Origin: a virus
Taxonomy: Duplodnaviria; Heunggongvirae; Uroviricota; Caudoviricetes
Virus record (IMG/VR): IMGVR_UViG_2585427781_000006
Strand: one strand, 5' to 3'
DNA: 36,824 nt
The translations under genes and the position numbers were made by a program. A model generated the notes under the pieces. It made no database searches. It was not told where the DNA came from and saw nothing but the letters and a program-made list of their open reading frames with translations. Shown here piece by piece: positions 1 to 9,365 of this stretch. Every line of letters starts with the position of its first letter. Within the stretch, counting starts at the first letter, position 1.

Positions 1-1017
1 TCACACTTCTAGCGTTGCGAGGGGGTTGAATCTCAGAGCCGTCTCAAGATGATCGGGTGCTAAATGGGCATAGCGCATAGTCATTTTTATATCGTGATGT
101 CCGAGGATTTTTTGCAAAGCAAGGATATTTCCACCCGACATCATGAAGTGCGCCGCAAACGTATGGCGCAGAACGTGTGTCAGTTGACCGCGAGGGAGCA
201 CGATAGACGTTTTTTCCATCACGGATAAAAATTGAAAATAGCAGTCTGTAAAGAAATTGAACCCATCAAGCGCCATGATCTCTTCGTAAAGCTCTTTACT
301 GATAGGGATGCTTCTGTTTTTCTTCCCCTTCGTTCTTACAAAGGTAATTCGGTATTTGGTCACTTGCGAGCGGGTAAGATTTATTGCTTCTCGCCAGCGT
401 GCGCCTGTGCTTAGGCATATCTTGACTACCAGTGCCAGAATTGGGTCCTGACGTTTGCAATCAGCCAGCAGTTCAACAATCTGCTCATGGGTAAGCCATG
501 CCATCTCTTTTTCTGCGATGGTGAATTTTCGCATGTTCTCCAGTGGGTTCGGATACGACCATTCGCCCAGGCGGGATAGTTCGCTAAAAACACTACTTAG
601 ATAGCTTTGCTCCAGGTTAATGGTGACCGGGCTTGCTCCTTTCTTCCATTTCTCGCTGAAGTAGATCTCACCTGTCAGGCGTTTATCTCGATAGTGGGCA
701 AACATTTTAGAGGTTAGATCAGTTGCAAGGGGATTGCCCAGAGCGTCAACCATCAACAGCAGTTTGTCATAGACATGCTGCCCAGCTGTCAGAGATTTAC
801 CATGTAGTTTGAACCATAGCTCAATCACGTCTTTCAATGTCCGACGATCCACTGATTCGCCCAGCCAGGGCTTTGCTTCGGTTTCTTCCATCGTGTGACG
901 CTCAAAAGCCAGAGCTTCGCCTTTGGTGGCGAATTGTTTACGCACACGACGTCCACTACGTCCGGCGGGGTAACATTCGCAAAGCCATTTTCCTGTGGTG
1001 AGTTTTCGTACTGCCAT
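1..1017 (-). CDS. int: Phage tyrosine integrase (P2/186 Int family)
   Basis: Tyrosine recombinase catalytic motifs (LRHTFAAHF ... HHDIKMTMRYAHL) in the 1..1095 ORF. Start placed at internal ATG 1017 (MAVRKLTTGKW) because a GGAGGG Shine-Dalgarno lies 8 nt upstream; the track start at 1095 is the alternative. Confidence 0.9.
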   Translation of the reverse strand: MAVRKLTTGKWLCECYPAGRSGRRVRKQFATKGEALAFERHTMEETEAKPWLGESVDRRTLKDVIELWFKLHGKSLTAGQHVYDKLLLMVDALGNPLATDLTSKMFAHYRDKRLTGEIYFSEKWKKGASPVTINLEQSYLSSVFSELSRLGEWSYPNPLENMRKFTIAEKEMAWLTHEQIVELLADCKRQDPILALVVKICLSTGARWREAINLTRSQVTKYRITFVRTKGKKNRSIPISKELYEEIMALDGFNFFTDCYFQFLSVMEKTSIVLPRGQLTHVLRHTFAAHFMMSGGNILALQKILGHHDIKMTMRYAHLAPDHLETALRFNPLATLEV

Positions 1018-1203
1018 AAAAAATGCCCTCCAGTAGAGAGCATTTTTACTGTATGTATAACCAGTGTCAATGTATGAAATCCTGCGACCATACATCTCAC
1101 TGAAGCCATAATGAAGTTAGCTATTTTTTGCTATGTGAGTATGTGACTTTTGCGGTTAGCCTGCGGCTCATTGTTATATTAGGCGCAGGTATAAAAGCAA
1201 AAT

Positions 1204-1395
1204 TTATCGCGAGTTTTTAGTACAGATTTTTTTTGATTTACTAATAGTTCCATCATTGCAAACGAACTTTCCATCGGAGGTACAGTGAGAGACACCTCCC
1301 TTTTTCCCAGAACAAGGATAATTTTTAGCATAGGTAGTTAGTGGGTTTAATAACAAAGAGCATGATAAAACCACAAAAAATACCTTACCAAGCAT
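1204..1395 (-). CDS. Small secreted cysteine-rich peptide (moron, unknown function)
   Basis: 63 aa with N-terminal hydrophobic signal-like segment ([11 protein letters not shown]) and a mature part with 5 Cys. Strong RBS (GGGAGG 5 nt upstream of ATG). AT-rich relative to flanks. Sits between the CI stop and int on the same strand. Confidence 0.5.
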   Translation of the reverse strand: MLGKVFFVVLSCSLLLNPLTTYAKNYPCSGKKGGVSHCTSDGKFVCNDGTISKSKKICTKNSR

Positions 1396-1410
1396 AGTTT
1401 CCTCCCGGTA

Positions 1411-1980
1411 TTACCTAACGTACTTAATTGTTAAACTTATAATTTTCCCAATTATTTCAACATCTTCTATCTTGCACTCGAAGGCTCTGTTTCCACCCTC
1501 GACGAAGATTCTTCCACCGGGTAAACGAGTAATGTCACGGATCGTTATTTCGCCATCAATACTTATTACCCATTTACCATCACGTATATCATCAAATTCC
1601 TTATCACAAATAAATTCAGAATTATTATCTGTGATTACAAAAAGATTCTTGAATGCCGACGGTAGAAATTCTCTATCGAAAATATAAAAACCGTCTTCAC
1701 ACAAGGCCCCATCAGATAATACATATTTAGCAACTTCCATAGTATTTGTATTACCTGAAGTTTGCTTTGAACCATGCCCGGTTGTGAGCCAATTAAGCGA
1801 GGTGCCTGTTTCAAGGGCGCACTGGATTACCCATTCTGCTGGGAATGAGTCACGCATGTAGCGTGTGGCGAGTGTACTTTTAGAGATTCCTAAATGATCG
1901 CACAACGCCTGTCGAGTCTTGAATCCATAAGCTTCTACCATGCGCTCTATAGCGCCTCGTCCGCCTTTCTCCAAATTCAT
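1411..1980 (-). CDS. cI: CI-type immunity repressor (phage 186 CI-like)
   Basis: N-terminal HTH (TRQALCDHLGISKSTLATRYMRD), length about 190 aa and position next to int match 186 CI. ATG 1980 chosen over the GTG at 1986 because GGAG lies 7 nt upstream. Confidence 0.85.
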   Translation of the reverse strand: MNLEKGGRGAIERMVEAYGFKTRQALCDHLGISKSTLATRYMRDSFPAEWVIQCALETGTSLNWLTTGHGSKQTSGNTNTMEVAKYVLSDGALCEDGFYIFDREFLPSAFKNLFVITDNNSEFICDKEFDDIRDGKWVISIDGEITIRDITRLPGGRIFVEGGNRAFECKIEDVEIIGKIISLTIKYVR

Positions 1981-2004
1981 GGTCACTCCAAGTGAACTTT
2001 TATC

Positions 2005-2033
2005 TTGACGATTTCACTGTGCGATCGTATGTT
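2005..2033 (+). promoter_or_regulatory. Candidate rightward early promoter (pR-like): TTGACG-17-TATGTT, flanked by GTGAAC/GTTCAC inverted half-sites
   Basis: -35 TTGACG 2005..2010, 17-nt spacer, -10 TATGTT 2028..2033, about 70 nt upstream of the apl-like start. Inverted half-sites AGTGAAC (1991..1997) and GTTCAC (2040..2045) are candidate operators. Confidence 0.3.
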
Positions 2034-2105
2034 TATGGTGTTCACAAAATACAAACGATCCGTATTCGTCCTGATTAATCATCATTAAACGAGGAATGTT
2101 GCATC

Positions 2106-2327
2106 ATGAGACCTAACATTTCAATCACTCTTACCACCCCTCATGTGACTATTGAACGCTATAGCGAGCTGACAGGGCTATCCATCGATACCATCAATGA
2201 CATGTTGGCTGATGGACGCCTTATCCGTCACCGTCTGCGCAAAGATAAAAAACGCGAAAAAGTGATGATCAACATAGCAGCAATGACCGTTGATGCGCTT
2301 TCAGAATGCAATCTAAACCTTAATTAG
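2106..2327 (+). CDS. apl: Apl/Cox-like excisionase and switch regulator (small HTH protein)
   Basis: 73 aa, first gene rightward of the switch region, HTH-like segment ([23 protein letters not shown]). Position corresponds to 186 apl / P2 cox. Confidence 0.6.
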   Translation: MRPNISITLTTPHVTIERYSELTGLSIDTINDMLADGRLIRHRLRKDKKREKVMINIAAMTVDALSECNLNLN

Positions 2328-2359
2328 TTCGATTCTGAAATACATCAGAGGCATTGACC

Positions 2360-2869
2360 ATGTTTGATTACCAAGTTTCCAAACATCCACATTTTGATGA
2401 AGCCTGTCGTGCATTCGCATTGCGCCACAACCTGGTGCAACTGGCAGAACGTGCTGGCATGAATGTGCAGATTCTGCGGAACAAGTTGAACCCAGCGCAA
2501 CCTCATTTATTAACCGCACCAGAAATCTGGCTGCTTACCGATCTGACTGAAGATTCAACGCTGGTAGATGGTTTTCTGGCTCAGATTCACTGCCTGCCAT
2601 GCGTACCGATTAATGAGGTGGCAAAAGAGAAACTGCCACATTACGTCATGAGTGCAACCGCAGAGATCGGGCGTGTTGCTGCAGGTGCGGTATCTGGCGA
2701 TGTAAAAACCAGTGCAGGTCGTCGTGATGCTATCAGCAGCATTAACTCTGTAACACGACTGATGGCGTTGGCTGCTGTTTCATTGCAGGCCCGTTTACAG
2801 GCTAACCCGGCGATGGCGAGTGCAGTTGATACCGTGACTGGCCTCGGTGCTTCATTCGGTTTGCTGTGA
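2360..2869 (+). CDS. cII: CII-like lysogeny establishment regulator (phage 186 CII family)
   Basis: 169 aa from ATG 2360 ([19 protein letters not shown] ...), recalled as highly similar to 186 CII. Confidence 0.85.
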   Translation: MFDYQVSKHPHFDEACRAFALRHNLVQLAERAGMNVQILRNKLNPAQPHLLTAPEIWLLTDLTEDSTLVDGFLAQIHCLPCVPINEVAKEKLPHYVMSATAEIGRVAAGAVSGDVKTSAGRRDAISSINSVTRLMALAAVSLQARLQANPAMASAVDTVTGLGASFGLL

Positions 2870-2876
2870 GGTGCTT

Positions 2877-3077
2877 ATGTTGACGAAAGAACCATCATTT
2901 GCATCGCTGCTGGTAAAGCAAAGCCCGGCAATGCACTACGGTCACGGCTGGATCATGGGTGAGGATGGAAAACGCTGGCATCCGTGCCGTTCACAAGATG
3001 AATTGCTGGCAGAACTATCTACGAAAAAACGGGGGAACAAATGGCTATTGAAGGCGCTGCGGCGACTGTTCCATTAA
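2877..3077 (+). CDS. Hypothetical early protein (position of 186 fil)
   Basis: 66 aa from ATG 2877 with GAGGTG RBS; follows cII in the early operon. Function not recognisable from sequence. Confidence 0.45.
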   Translation: MLTKEPSFASLLVKQSPAMHYGHGWIMGEDGKRWHPCRSQDELLAELSTKKRGNKWLLKALRRLFH

Positions 3078-3382
3078 GACCCGGTGAACGCCTGAATGGA
3101 CTTAATCATATTGCGGAGTTAAGGGCGAAAGTTTTTGGTTTGAATATTGAGTCAGAGCTTGAGCGGTTTATTAAAGATATGCGTGATCCACGGGATATCA
3201 ATAATGAACAAAATAAACGGGCACTGGCTGCCATATTCTTTATGGCAAAAATTCCAGCTGAACGTCATAGCATCAGCATTAATGAGCTGACCACTGACGA
3301 AAAGCGGGAGTTGATTAAAGCAATGAATCATTTTCGTGCAGTGGTGAGCTTATTTCCCAGACGGCTAACCATGCCGAATTAA
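3041..3382 (+). CDS. Hypothetical early-operon protein
   Basis: 113 aa ORF in the early operon, overlapping the previous gene end. No motif recognised. Confidence 0.55.
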   Translation: MAIEGAAATVPLRPGERLNGLNHIAELRAKVFGLNIESELERFIKDMRDPRDINNEQNKRALAAIFFMAKIPAERHSISINELTTDEKRELIKAMNHFRAVVSLFPRRLTMPN

Positions 3383-3449
3383 CCAACTAATGAAATTAAT
3401 GGCGTAAACCCGTCGGGCATCCCTTTATCTAAATTCAGGAGAATTGCTT

Positions 3450-3683
3450 ATGCGTAATATTGAAACCCTCACGACCAAAACCGGACCGGATGATGCAGGT
3501 CTTAATCTTTTACTGACAGAGGCTCGTCTGGAAGAACGCCGGGCAAGGGCTGAAGCAATGGCTGCTCGCCTCGATAGCCTGGCGTGTCATATCACCTCCC
3601 GCCAGCTAAACCACGTCGAAGCGGCAGAACTGCTGCGTGTGACTGCTGAAGCAATCCAGAACGAAGCGCAGGAGATCCACTGA
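3450..3683 (+). CDS. Hypothetical early-operon protein (P2 orf80-like position)
   Basis: 77 aa from ATG 3450 with AGGAG 9 nt upstream; its stop overlaps the next start (TGATG at 3681..3685). Confidence 0.55.
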   Translation: MRNIETLTTKTGPDDAGLNLLLTEARLEERRARAEAMAARLDSLACHITSRQLNHVEAAELLRVTAEAIQNEAQEIH

Positions 3684-3910
3684 TGGCTGATGCAATGGAT
3701 CTCGTACAGCAGCGCGTTGAAGAAGAACGCCAACGCCATATCCGTGCTGCCCGTGCCAAAACGCCGGGCGTGTCCCGCGTGCTTTGCGTTGAGTGTGAAG
3801 CGCCAATTCCGCCAGCACGCCGCCGTGCCATTCCTGGAGTGCAGCTTTGCATTACCTGCCAGGAAATCGCAGAGCTGAAAGGCAAACATTACAACGGAGG
3901 TGCTGTATGA
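3683..3910 (+). CDS. TraR/DksA-family C4 zinc-finger protein
   Basis: 75 aa with CxxC ... CxxC (CVECEAP ... CITCQEI), typical of phage TraR-like proteins. Stop overlaps the dam start (ATGA at 3907..3910). Confidence 0.7.
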   Translation: MADAMDLVQQRVEEERQRHIRAARAKTPGVSRVLCVECEAPIPPARRRAIPGVQLCITCQEIAELKGKHYNGGAV

Positions 3911-4764
3911 GCACCATCCTGAAATGGGCGGGTAATAAAACCGCCATTATGTCCGAACTGAAAAAATACCTTCCTGCTGGCCCGCGACTGGTTGAACCTT
4001 TCGCGGGTTCTTGTGCTGTGATGATGGCGACGGATTACCCCAGCTATCTGGTTGCGGATATTAATCCTGATTTAATCAACCTCTATAAAAAGATTGCCGC
4101 TGATTGCGAAGCGTTTATATCTCGTGCCAAAGTTTTATTTGAGGAAGCAAACAGTGAGCTGGCTTATTACAACATAAGACAGGAGTTTAATTACTCAACT
4201 GAAATTACTGATTTCATGAAGGCGATATATTTCCTGTATCTCAATCGTCACGGTTACCGTGGTTTATGTCGCTATAACAAGAGCGGGTATTTCAACATTC
4301 CCTACGGTAATTATAAAAATCCGTATTTCCCTGAAAAAGAAATTCGCGCATTTGCAGAGAAAGCCCAGCGGGCAACGTTTATCTGCGCGAGCTTTGATGA
4401 AACGCTGGCGATGCTGCAGGTGGGGGATGTGGTGTATTGCGATCCGCCGTATGACGGTACGTTTTCCGGCTATCACACTGATGGTTTCACTGAAGATGAC
4501 CAGTATCACCTGGCATCCATTCTTGAACATCGGTCATCAGAAGGACATCCGGTCATTGTTTCTAACAATGACACATCCCTGATTCGTTCGCTGTATCGCA
4601 ATTTTACTCACCACTATATCAAGGCAAAACGCAGCATCGGCGTGTCAGCTGGCGAGGGTAAATCTGCAACAGAAATCATTGCTGTTTCCGGGCCGAGCTG
4701 CTGGTTGGGATTTGATCCTTCGCGTGGCGTGGATAGTTCTGCCGTGTACGGAGTGTGTGTATGA
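3907..4764 (+). CDS. dam: DNA adenine methyltransferase (Dam-like, GATC-specific family)
   Basis: LKWAGNKT (AdoMet-binding region) and DPPY catalytic motif ([12 protein letters not shown]); overall collinear with E. coli Dam as recalled. Stop overlaps the gpA start. Confidence 0.88.
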   Translation: MSTILKWAGNKTAIMSELKKYLPAGPRLVEPFAGSCAVMMATDYPSYLVADINPDLINLYKKIAADCEAFISRAKVLFEEANSELAYYNIRQEFNYSTEITDFMKAIYFLYLNRHGYRGLCRYNKSGYFNIPYGNYKNPYFPEKEIRAFAEKAQRATFICASFDETLAMLQVGDVVYCDPPYDGTFSGYHTDGFTEDDQYHLASILEHRSSEGHPVIVSNNDTSLIRSLYRNFTHHYIKAKRSIGVSAGEGKSATEIIAVSGPSCWLGFDPSRGVDSSAVYGVCV

Positions 4765-7175
4765 GTCATGACGATATGAACAATTGCAGCGGCTTTAACG
4801 AGGCCGCCGCAGCATTTTCATGGAACGGCTCGAAAAAGGCCATTAACCCTTATCTGGACCCGGCGGAAGTTGCGCCGGAGTCTGCACTTTCAAACCTGAT
4901 CACTCTGTACGCTGCCGATAACGAGCAGGAACAACTGCGCCGCGAGGCACTGAGTGAGCAGGTCTGGGAGCGTTATTTCTTTAATGAATCCCGTGATCCT
5001 GTCCAGCGCGAAATGGAGCAGGATAAGCTCATTAGCCGGGCAAAGCTGGCGCATGAGCAGCAGCGTTTTAATCCGGACATGGTCATTCTGGCGGACGTAA
5101 ACGCCCAGCCTTCCCATATCAGCAAGCCGCTGATGCAACGTATTGAATACTTCAGCAGCCTGGGCAGGCCAAAGGCTTATTCCCGCTATTTGCGTGAGAC
5201 GATTAAGCCATGTCTGGAGCGACTGGATTGTGTACGTGACAGTCAGCTATCTGTTTCTTTCCGTTTTATGGCAAGCCATCAAGGGCTGGAGGGTCTGCTG
5301 ATCCTGCCTGAAATGAGCCAGGATCAGGTGAAACGCCTGTCCACCCTGGTAGCAGCGCATATGAGCATGTGTCTTGAGGACGCTTGTGGTGATTTGTATG
5401 CCACCGATGACGTTAAGCCAGAAGAAATCCGCAAGACATGGGAAAAGGTGGCAGCGGAAACCCTGCGTCTGGATGTTATCCCGCCTGCGTTTGAGAAACT
5501 TCGTCGGAAAAGAAACCGCCGCAAACCAGTGCCCTATGAACTCATCCCGGGTTCGCTGGCGCGTATGTTGTGTGCCGACTGGTGGTATCGGAAATTATGG
5601 AAGATGCGTTGCGAATGGCGGGGAGAGCAGTTGCGTGCTGTCTGCCTGGTCAGCAAAAAAGCATCCCCCTATGTCAGCTATGAAGCCGTGATGCATAAAC
5701 GTGAGCAGCGCCGTAAGTCGTTGGAGTTTTTTCGTTCTCATGAACTGGTGAACGAAGACGGCGACACGCTGGATATGGAAGATGTGGTAAACGCCAGCAG
5801 CAGCAACCCGGCGCATCGCCGCAATGAGATGATGGCCTGTGTTAAAGGTCTGGAGCTTATCGCGGAAATGCGCAGTGACTGTGCCGTTTTCTACACTATC
5901 ACCTGTCCGTCGCGTTTCCATTCCACGCTCAATAACGGCAGACCAAACCCGACCTGGACAAACGCGACGGTAAGACAAAGTAGCGATTATCTGGTCGGCA
6001 TGTTTGCTGCATTTCGTAAGGCTATGCATAAAGCCGAGTTGCGCTGGTATGGCGTGCGGGTAGCTGAGCCGCATCATGACGGTACTGTGCACTGGCATCT
6101 CATGTGTTTCATGCGTAAAAAAGACCGCCGCGCCATCACTGCATTACTGCGTAAGTTTGCCATCCGTGAAGACCGCGAGGAGCTGGGCAATAACACGGGA
6201 CCACGCTTTAAGTCTGAGCTGATAAACCCGCGCAAAGGTACGCCAACAAGCTATATCGCGAAATACATCAGTAAGAACATTGACGGGCGTGGTCTGGCTG
6301 GGGAGATCAGCAAGGAAACGGGTAAATCCCTGCGTGATAACGCTGAATACGTTAATGCCTGGGCGTCTCTGCATCGTGTTCAGCAATTCCGCTTCTTTGG
6401 CATTCCGGGGCGTCAGGCTTACCGTGAACTGCGATTGCTGGCTGGTCAGGCGGCAAGGCAACAGGGTGACAAAAAAGCAGGTGCGCCGGTACTGGATAAC
6501 CCGCGCCTTGATGCCATTCTGGCTGCTGCTGATGCTGGTTGTTTTGCCACCTATATCATGAAGCAGGGTGGCGTACTGGTTCCCCGTAAATATCACCTCA
6601 TCAGAACCGCTTATGAAATCAACGAAGAGCCAACCGCTTATGGCGATCACGGTATTCGTATTTATGGCATCTGGTCACCCATTGCAGAGGGCAAGATCTG
6701 CACTCATGCGGTGAAGTGGAAAATGGTTCGTAAGGCCGTTGACGTTCAGGAGGCGGCTGCCGACCAGGGCGCTTGCGCCCCTTGGACTCGTGGCAATAAC
6801 TGTCCCCTTGCTGAAAATTTGTACCAACAAGGGAAAGACAAATCAGCTGATGGGGATACCAGAACGGACATTACCCGCATGGATGACAAGGAGTTGCACG
6901 ATTACCTGCACAGTATGAGCAAAAAAGAGCGCCGGGACCTGGCAGCAAGGTTACGCCTGGTTAAACCGAAACGGCGTAAAGACTACAAACAGCGAATTAC
7001 ATACCATCAGCGACTGCAGCTCGTCTATGAGCTGAAGTCCAGAGGATTTGATGGTAGCGAGAAAGAGGTCGATTTACTCCTTCGCGGCGGCAGTATTCCG
7101 TCAGGAGCAGGCTTGCGTATCTTCTATCGGAACCAGCGTTTGTGGGAAGATGATAAGTGGCGGAACCTGTATTAA
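4761..7175 (+). CDS. A: Replication initiation endonuclease gpA (rolling-circle initiator)
   Basis: About 805 aa, following the early genes as in P2/186 gene A. Start at ATG 4761 overlaps the dam stop (ATGA). Confidence 0.88.
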   Translation: MSHDDMNNCSGFNEAAAAFSWNGSKKAINPYLDPAEVAPESALSNLITLYAADNEQEQLRREALSEQVWERYFFNESRDPVQREMEQDKLISRAKLAHEQQRFNPDMVILADVNAQPSHISKPLMQRIEYFSSLGRPKAYSRYLRETIKPCLERLDCVRDSQLSVSFRFMASHQGLEGLLILPEMSQDQVKRLSTLVAAHMSMCLEDACGDLYATDDVKPEEIRKTWEKVAAETLRLDVIPPAFEKLRRKRNRRKPVPYELIPGSLARMLCADWWYRKLWKMRCEWRGEQLRAVCLVSKKASPYVSYEAVMHKREQRRKSLEFFRSHELVNEDGDTLDMEDVVNASSSNPAHRRNEMMACVKGLELIAEMRSDCAVFYTITCPSRFHSTLNNGRPNPTWTNATVRQSSDYLVGMFAAFRKAMHKAELRWYGVRVAEPHHDGTVHWHLMCFMRKKDRRAITALLRKFAIREDREELGNNTGPRFKSELINPRKGTPTSYIAKYISKNIDGRGLAGEISKETGKSLRDNAEYVNAWASLHRVQQFRFFGIPGRQAYRELRLLAGQAARQQGDKKAGAPVLDNPRLDAILAAADAGCFATYIMKQGGVLVPRKYHLIRTAYEINEEPTAYGDHGIRIYGIWSPIAEGKICTHAVKWKMVRKAVDVQEAAADQGACAPWTRGNNCPLAENLYQQGKDKSADGDTRTDITRMDDKELHDYLHSMSKKERRDLAARLRLVKPKRRKDYKQRITYHQRLQLVYELKSRGFDGSEKEVDLLLRGGSIPSGAGLRIFYRNQRLWEDDKWRNLY

Positions 7176-7269
7176 TTACGCGGATTAACAATTCGTGCTC
7201 TTAATAATACCAGGCATATCAGGCTGATGAACGTAAAAAAACGTTTTACATCAGTAAGATTATTATATA

Positions 7270-7285
7270 CTGTAAATATAAACAG
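7270..7285. promoter_or_regulatory. LexA (SOS) box CTGT-N8-ACAG overlapping a promoter
   Basis: Perfect CTGTaaatataaACAG at 7270..7285 (20-mer TACTGTAAATATAAACAGTG 7268..7287), followed by a TACAGT -10-like hexamer at 7296..7301, upstream of the tum/dinI-like genes. Confidence 0.6.
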
Positions 7286-7328
7286 TGGTTATGCATACAG
7301 TATTGCTTGTGGTGTCATAGGAGGAAAG

Positions 7329-7517
7329 ATGCAGGACTATTTTTTGGAGTCTTTGAAGCTCCAGCGCATTGATTTTTTTCTTAAGCTTGTAGCGGCTAGT
7401 GAGTGTAGTGATGAAGAGAAGGGGCTGGCTCTGCAGTGGGTTTCTGAATTGACTGATGAACTCATGGCAAAGATCAGAACCCACGAATACAACCGCTCAA
7501 TGGATGTCATCAGTTGA
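7329..7517 (+). CDS. Small protein of the SOS-controlled module (Tum N-terminal-like position)
   Basis: 62 aa from ATG 7329 with AGGAGG RBS 4 nt upstream, downstream of the LexA box. Confidence 0.5.
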   Translation: MQDYFLESLKLQRIDFFLKLVAASECSDEEKGLALQWVSELTDELMAKIRTHEYNRSMDVIS

Positions 7518-7527
7518 GGTGACTTTT

Positions 7528-7761
7528 ATGCGCATTGAAATAATGATCGATAAAGAGCAGAAGATTAGCCAGTCTACCCTGGACGCCCTTGAATCCGAGC
7601 TTTACCGCAATCTGCGCCCCCTGTATCCAAAAACGGTAATTCGTATCCGTAAAGGTAGCTCTAACGGTGTGGAACTGACCGGACTGCAACTGGATGAAGA
7701 AAGAAAACAAGTGATGAAAATTATGCAGAAGGTGTGGGAAGACGACAGCTGGCTGCATTAA
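7528..7761 (+). CDS. DinI-family protein (Tum antirepressor C-terminal-like)
   Basis: 77 aa from ATG 7528 (MRIEIMIDKEQ ... VWEDDSWL), collinear with DinI as recalled. GAGGTGA RBS upstream. Confidence 0.8.
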   Translation: MRIEIMIDKEQKISQSTLDALESELYRNLRPLYPKTVIRIRKGSSNGVELTGLQLDEERKQVMKIMQKVWEDDSWLH

Positions 7762-7770
7762 GAAACGTTG

Positions 7771-7798
7771 CCCCCAAGAGGATTTATCCTGTTGGGGG
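7771..7798 (+). terminator. Hairpin downstream of the dinI-like gene (possible terminator)
   Basis: cccccaagaggat-tt-atcctgttggggg forms a long stem-loop. No clear U-tract. Confidence 0.35.
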
Positions 7799-8249
7799 GA
7801 GTTTGGGCAACGAGTGAAATGAGGTGTAAGGTGGGCGGTCATTTTGATAAGTGATCGTCCACTTTGTGTCAGAACCTGATGTTTGTTGTACATTCGGACG
7901 AATAGGCGGCGTTGTTTGCTTTAAAAATAAAACAGGAACACTTTGAGAAAGTGAACAGGTGTATTTATTTGTTGCTGATGAATGAGAGTAACTCTAATTT
8001 GGATAATTAGCTTGATAATAGGTCAGACGAAAATAATATTCCAGCACACTTTTGGTCGCAACAGGCATTAGTTAATTTTAAGTGATAAATTTTTATCCAT
8101 AAATTAACACTAGTGTGTCATCTAGCGAAACCGAATCGCTTTAACTCATAACTTGAAGTTGAATCAGTGGGGTAGCAGTAGGCATGCCGGAACTGATAAA
8201 CTGTGCAGAAGGCTAAACATTCATTCACTCGTGAGATAGTAGCTAAATT

Positions 8250-9116
8250 ATGCAAAGAATTATTCCTGATAAAAATTGGTGGGAAAAAGAGCGTATTAAT
8301 CGTAAAGCATCATCAATATGCCCATATGCTAGTTCATACAGATGTCCTCGATACTATCAGAGTGTAGTTTTGCTCTCAAGCATCAATGTGATAGCTGGTA
8401 TGGCAACTAGGAAAGAAAAAGAGTTGGGCGAATTTTGGGAAAGAACCACTTTCTCATCTTTATGTGATGAAGAAGTCCCTACAGTTACTACAAAAGAATA
8501 TGGCGGCCTTGCATCAGTTAGTAATTTTTGCCCAGAAATATCATTTAGATATTTACACTACTACGCCGATTATATGTGTAAATATGTTGATGAGATAGAT
8601 CAGGACACTGGCAGGCGTATTGCGGAAAAAGATAATTTAGAAAATGATTGGAAATATACATGGATGTCAGTCAATCCTAAATTTTATTTAGATTGCGATG
8701 TTTTTGAAACTGTCAAAAATTTCAATGAAGAATTGGCTAGTGATTACTTAAAAAGATTGCACCCAAATATCGTTCAGCAAATAGATAGAATGAATAATTG
8801 CTTGGATAATAATGATCCGGCAGGTGCACTGCACGCAGCCTCTAATATTTTAGAAACTATGGCTAAGGAAATCACTCAAAACCCGAATGTGGCAAATGAG
8901 TCATTGGGTGGTTTTTTTAAACAGTTCGAAAAAATGTCAAAATTACCTAAGAATCTTATTGATGCTGTTAAAGATATTTATGATTTACGCAACAAATTAC
9001 CTACTGCTGGACACGGAAGCTTGAACAAGCCTGAATTGACTATGGTAGAAGCTATAACTATTGCGGCAATGACAAAGGCGATTTTAGAAATTGAATATCG
9101 AAGCAAAGCCATCTAA
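8250..9116 (+). CDS. Hypothetical accessory protein (AT-rich cargo gene)
   Basis: 288 aa ORF in a strongly AT-rich island. N-terminal Cys pairs (CPYASSYRCPRY). No catalytic motif recognised with confidence. Confidence 0.6.
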   Translation: MQRIIPDKNWWEKERINRKASSICPYASSYRCPRYYQSVVLLSSINVIAGMATRKEKELGEFWERTTFSSLCDEEVPTVTTKEYGGLASVSNFCPEISFRYLHYYADYMCKYVDEIDQDTGRRIAEKDNLENDWKYTWMSVNPKFYLDCDVFETVKNFNEELASDYLKRLHPNIVQQIDRMNNCLDNNDPAGALHAASNILETMAKEITQNPNVANESLGGFFKQFEKMSKLPKNLIDAVKDIYDLRNKLPTAGHGSLNKPELTMVEAITIAAMTKAILEIEYRSKAI

Positions 9117-9243
9117 CAAACCAAATTATGTGGTTCAAATTCCCGCTACACTTCTGTGTTGCCGCCAGCGTCTACTTATCGCTGTGAGTTCAACGGGTGA
9201 TGATGCGTTAGAGATCTCTGAATCGATTGAAGTCTAAGGTTGT

Positions 9244-9265
9244 CAGGGCTGTAACAGCAGCCCTG
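9244..9265. terminator. Perfect 8-bp hairpin between the convergent cargo genes
   Basis: cagggctg-taacag-cagccctg. No U-tract on either side. Confidence 0.3.
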
Positions 9266-9365
9266 TGTCATGAATGGATTGCATATTAATTGACGAAGAA
9301 CAGACTAATATCATCGATAGCTGTTTTCAAAAATAGACCAATAACAAACTGAGATGTTATCGTAT

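Noticed and set aside
1-1095. Longer integrase start at 1095 as given in the ORF track
   Set aside because: The internal ATG at 1017 has a GGAGGG RBS and gives the typical MAVRKL N-terminus; the upstream extension has no RBS.
4259-4582. 107-aa plus-strand and 88-aa minus-strand ORFs inside dam
   Set aside because: Nested within or antisense to the clearly recognisable Dam frame; no independent support.
7227-7517. 96-aa version of the small SOS-module ORF starting at 7227
   Set aside because: Its 5' part would span the LexA box and promoter; the in-frame ATG at 7329 has a strong RBS and is the likely start.
7510-7893. 127-aa minus-strand ORF overlapping the DinI-like gene and the downstream hairpin
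   Set aside because: Antisense to a recognisable DinI-family gene and spans a terminator-like hairpin; most likely spurious.
8250-9116. HEPN motif in the 288-aa protein (LRNKLPTAGHG)
   Set aside because: Spacing is R-x7-H, outside the canonical R-x4-6-H; not enough to call a HEPN domain.
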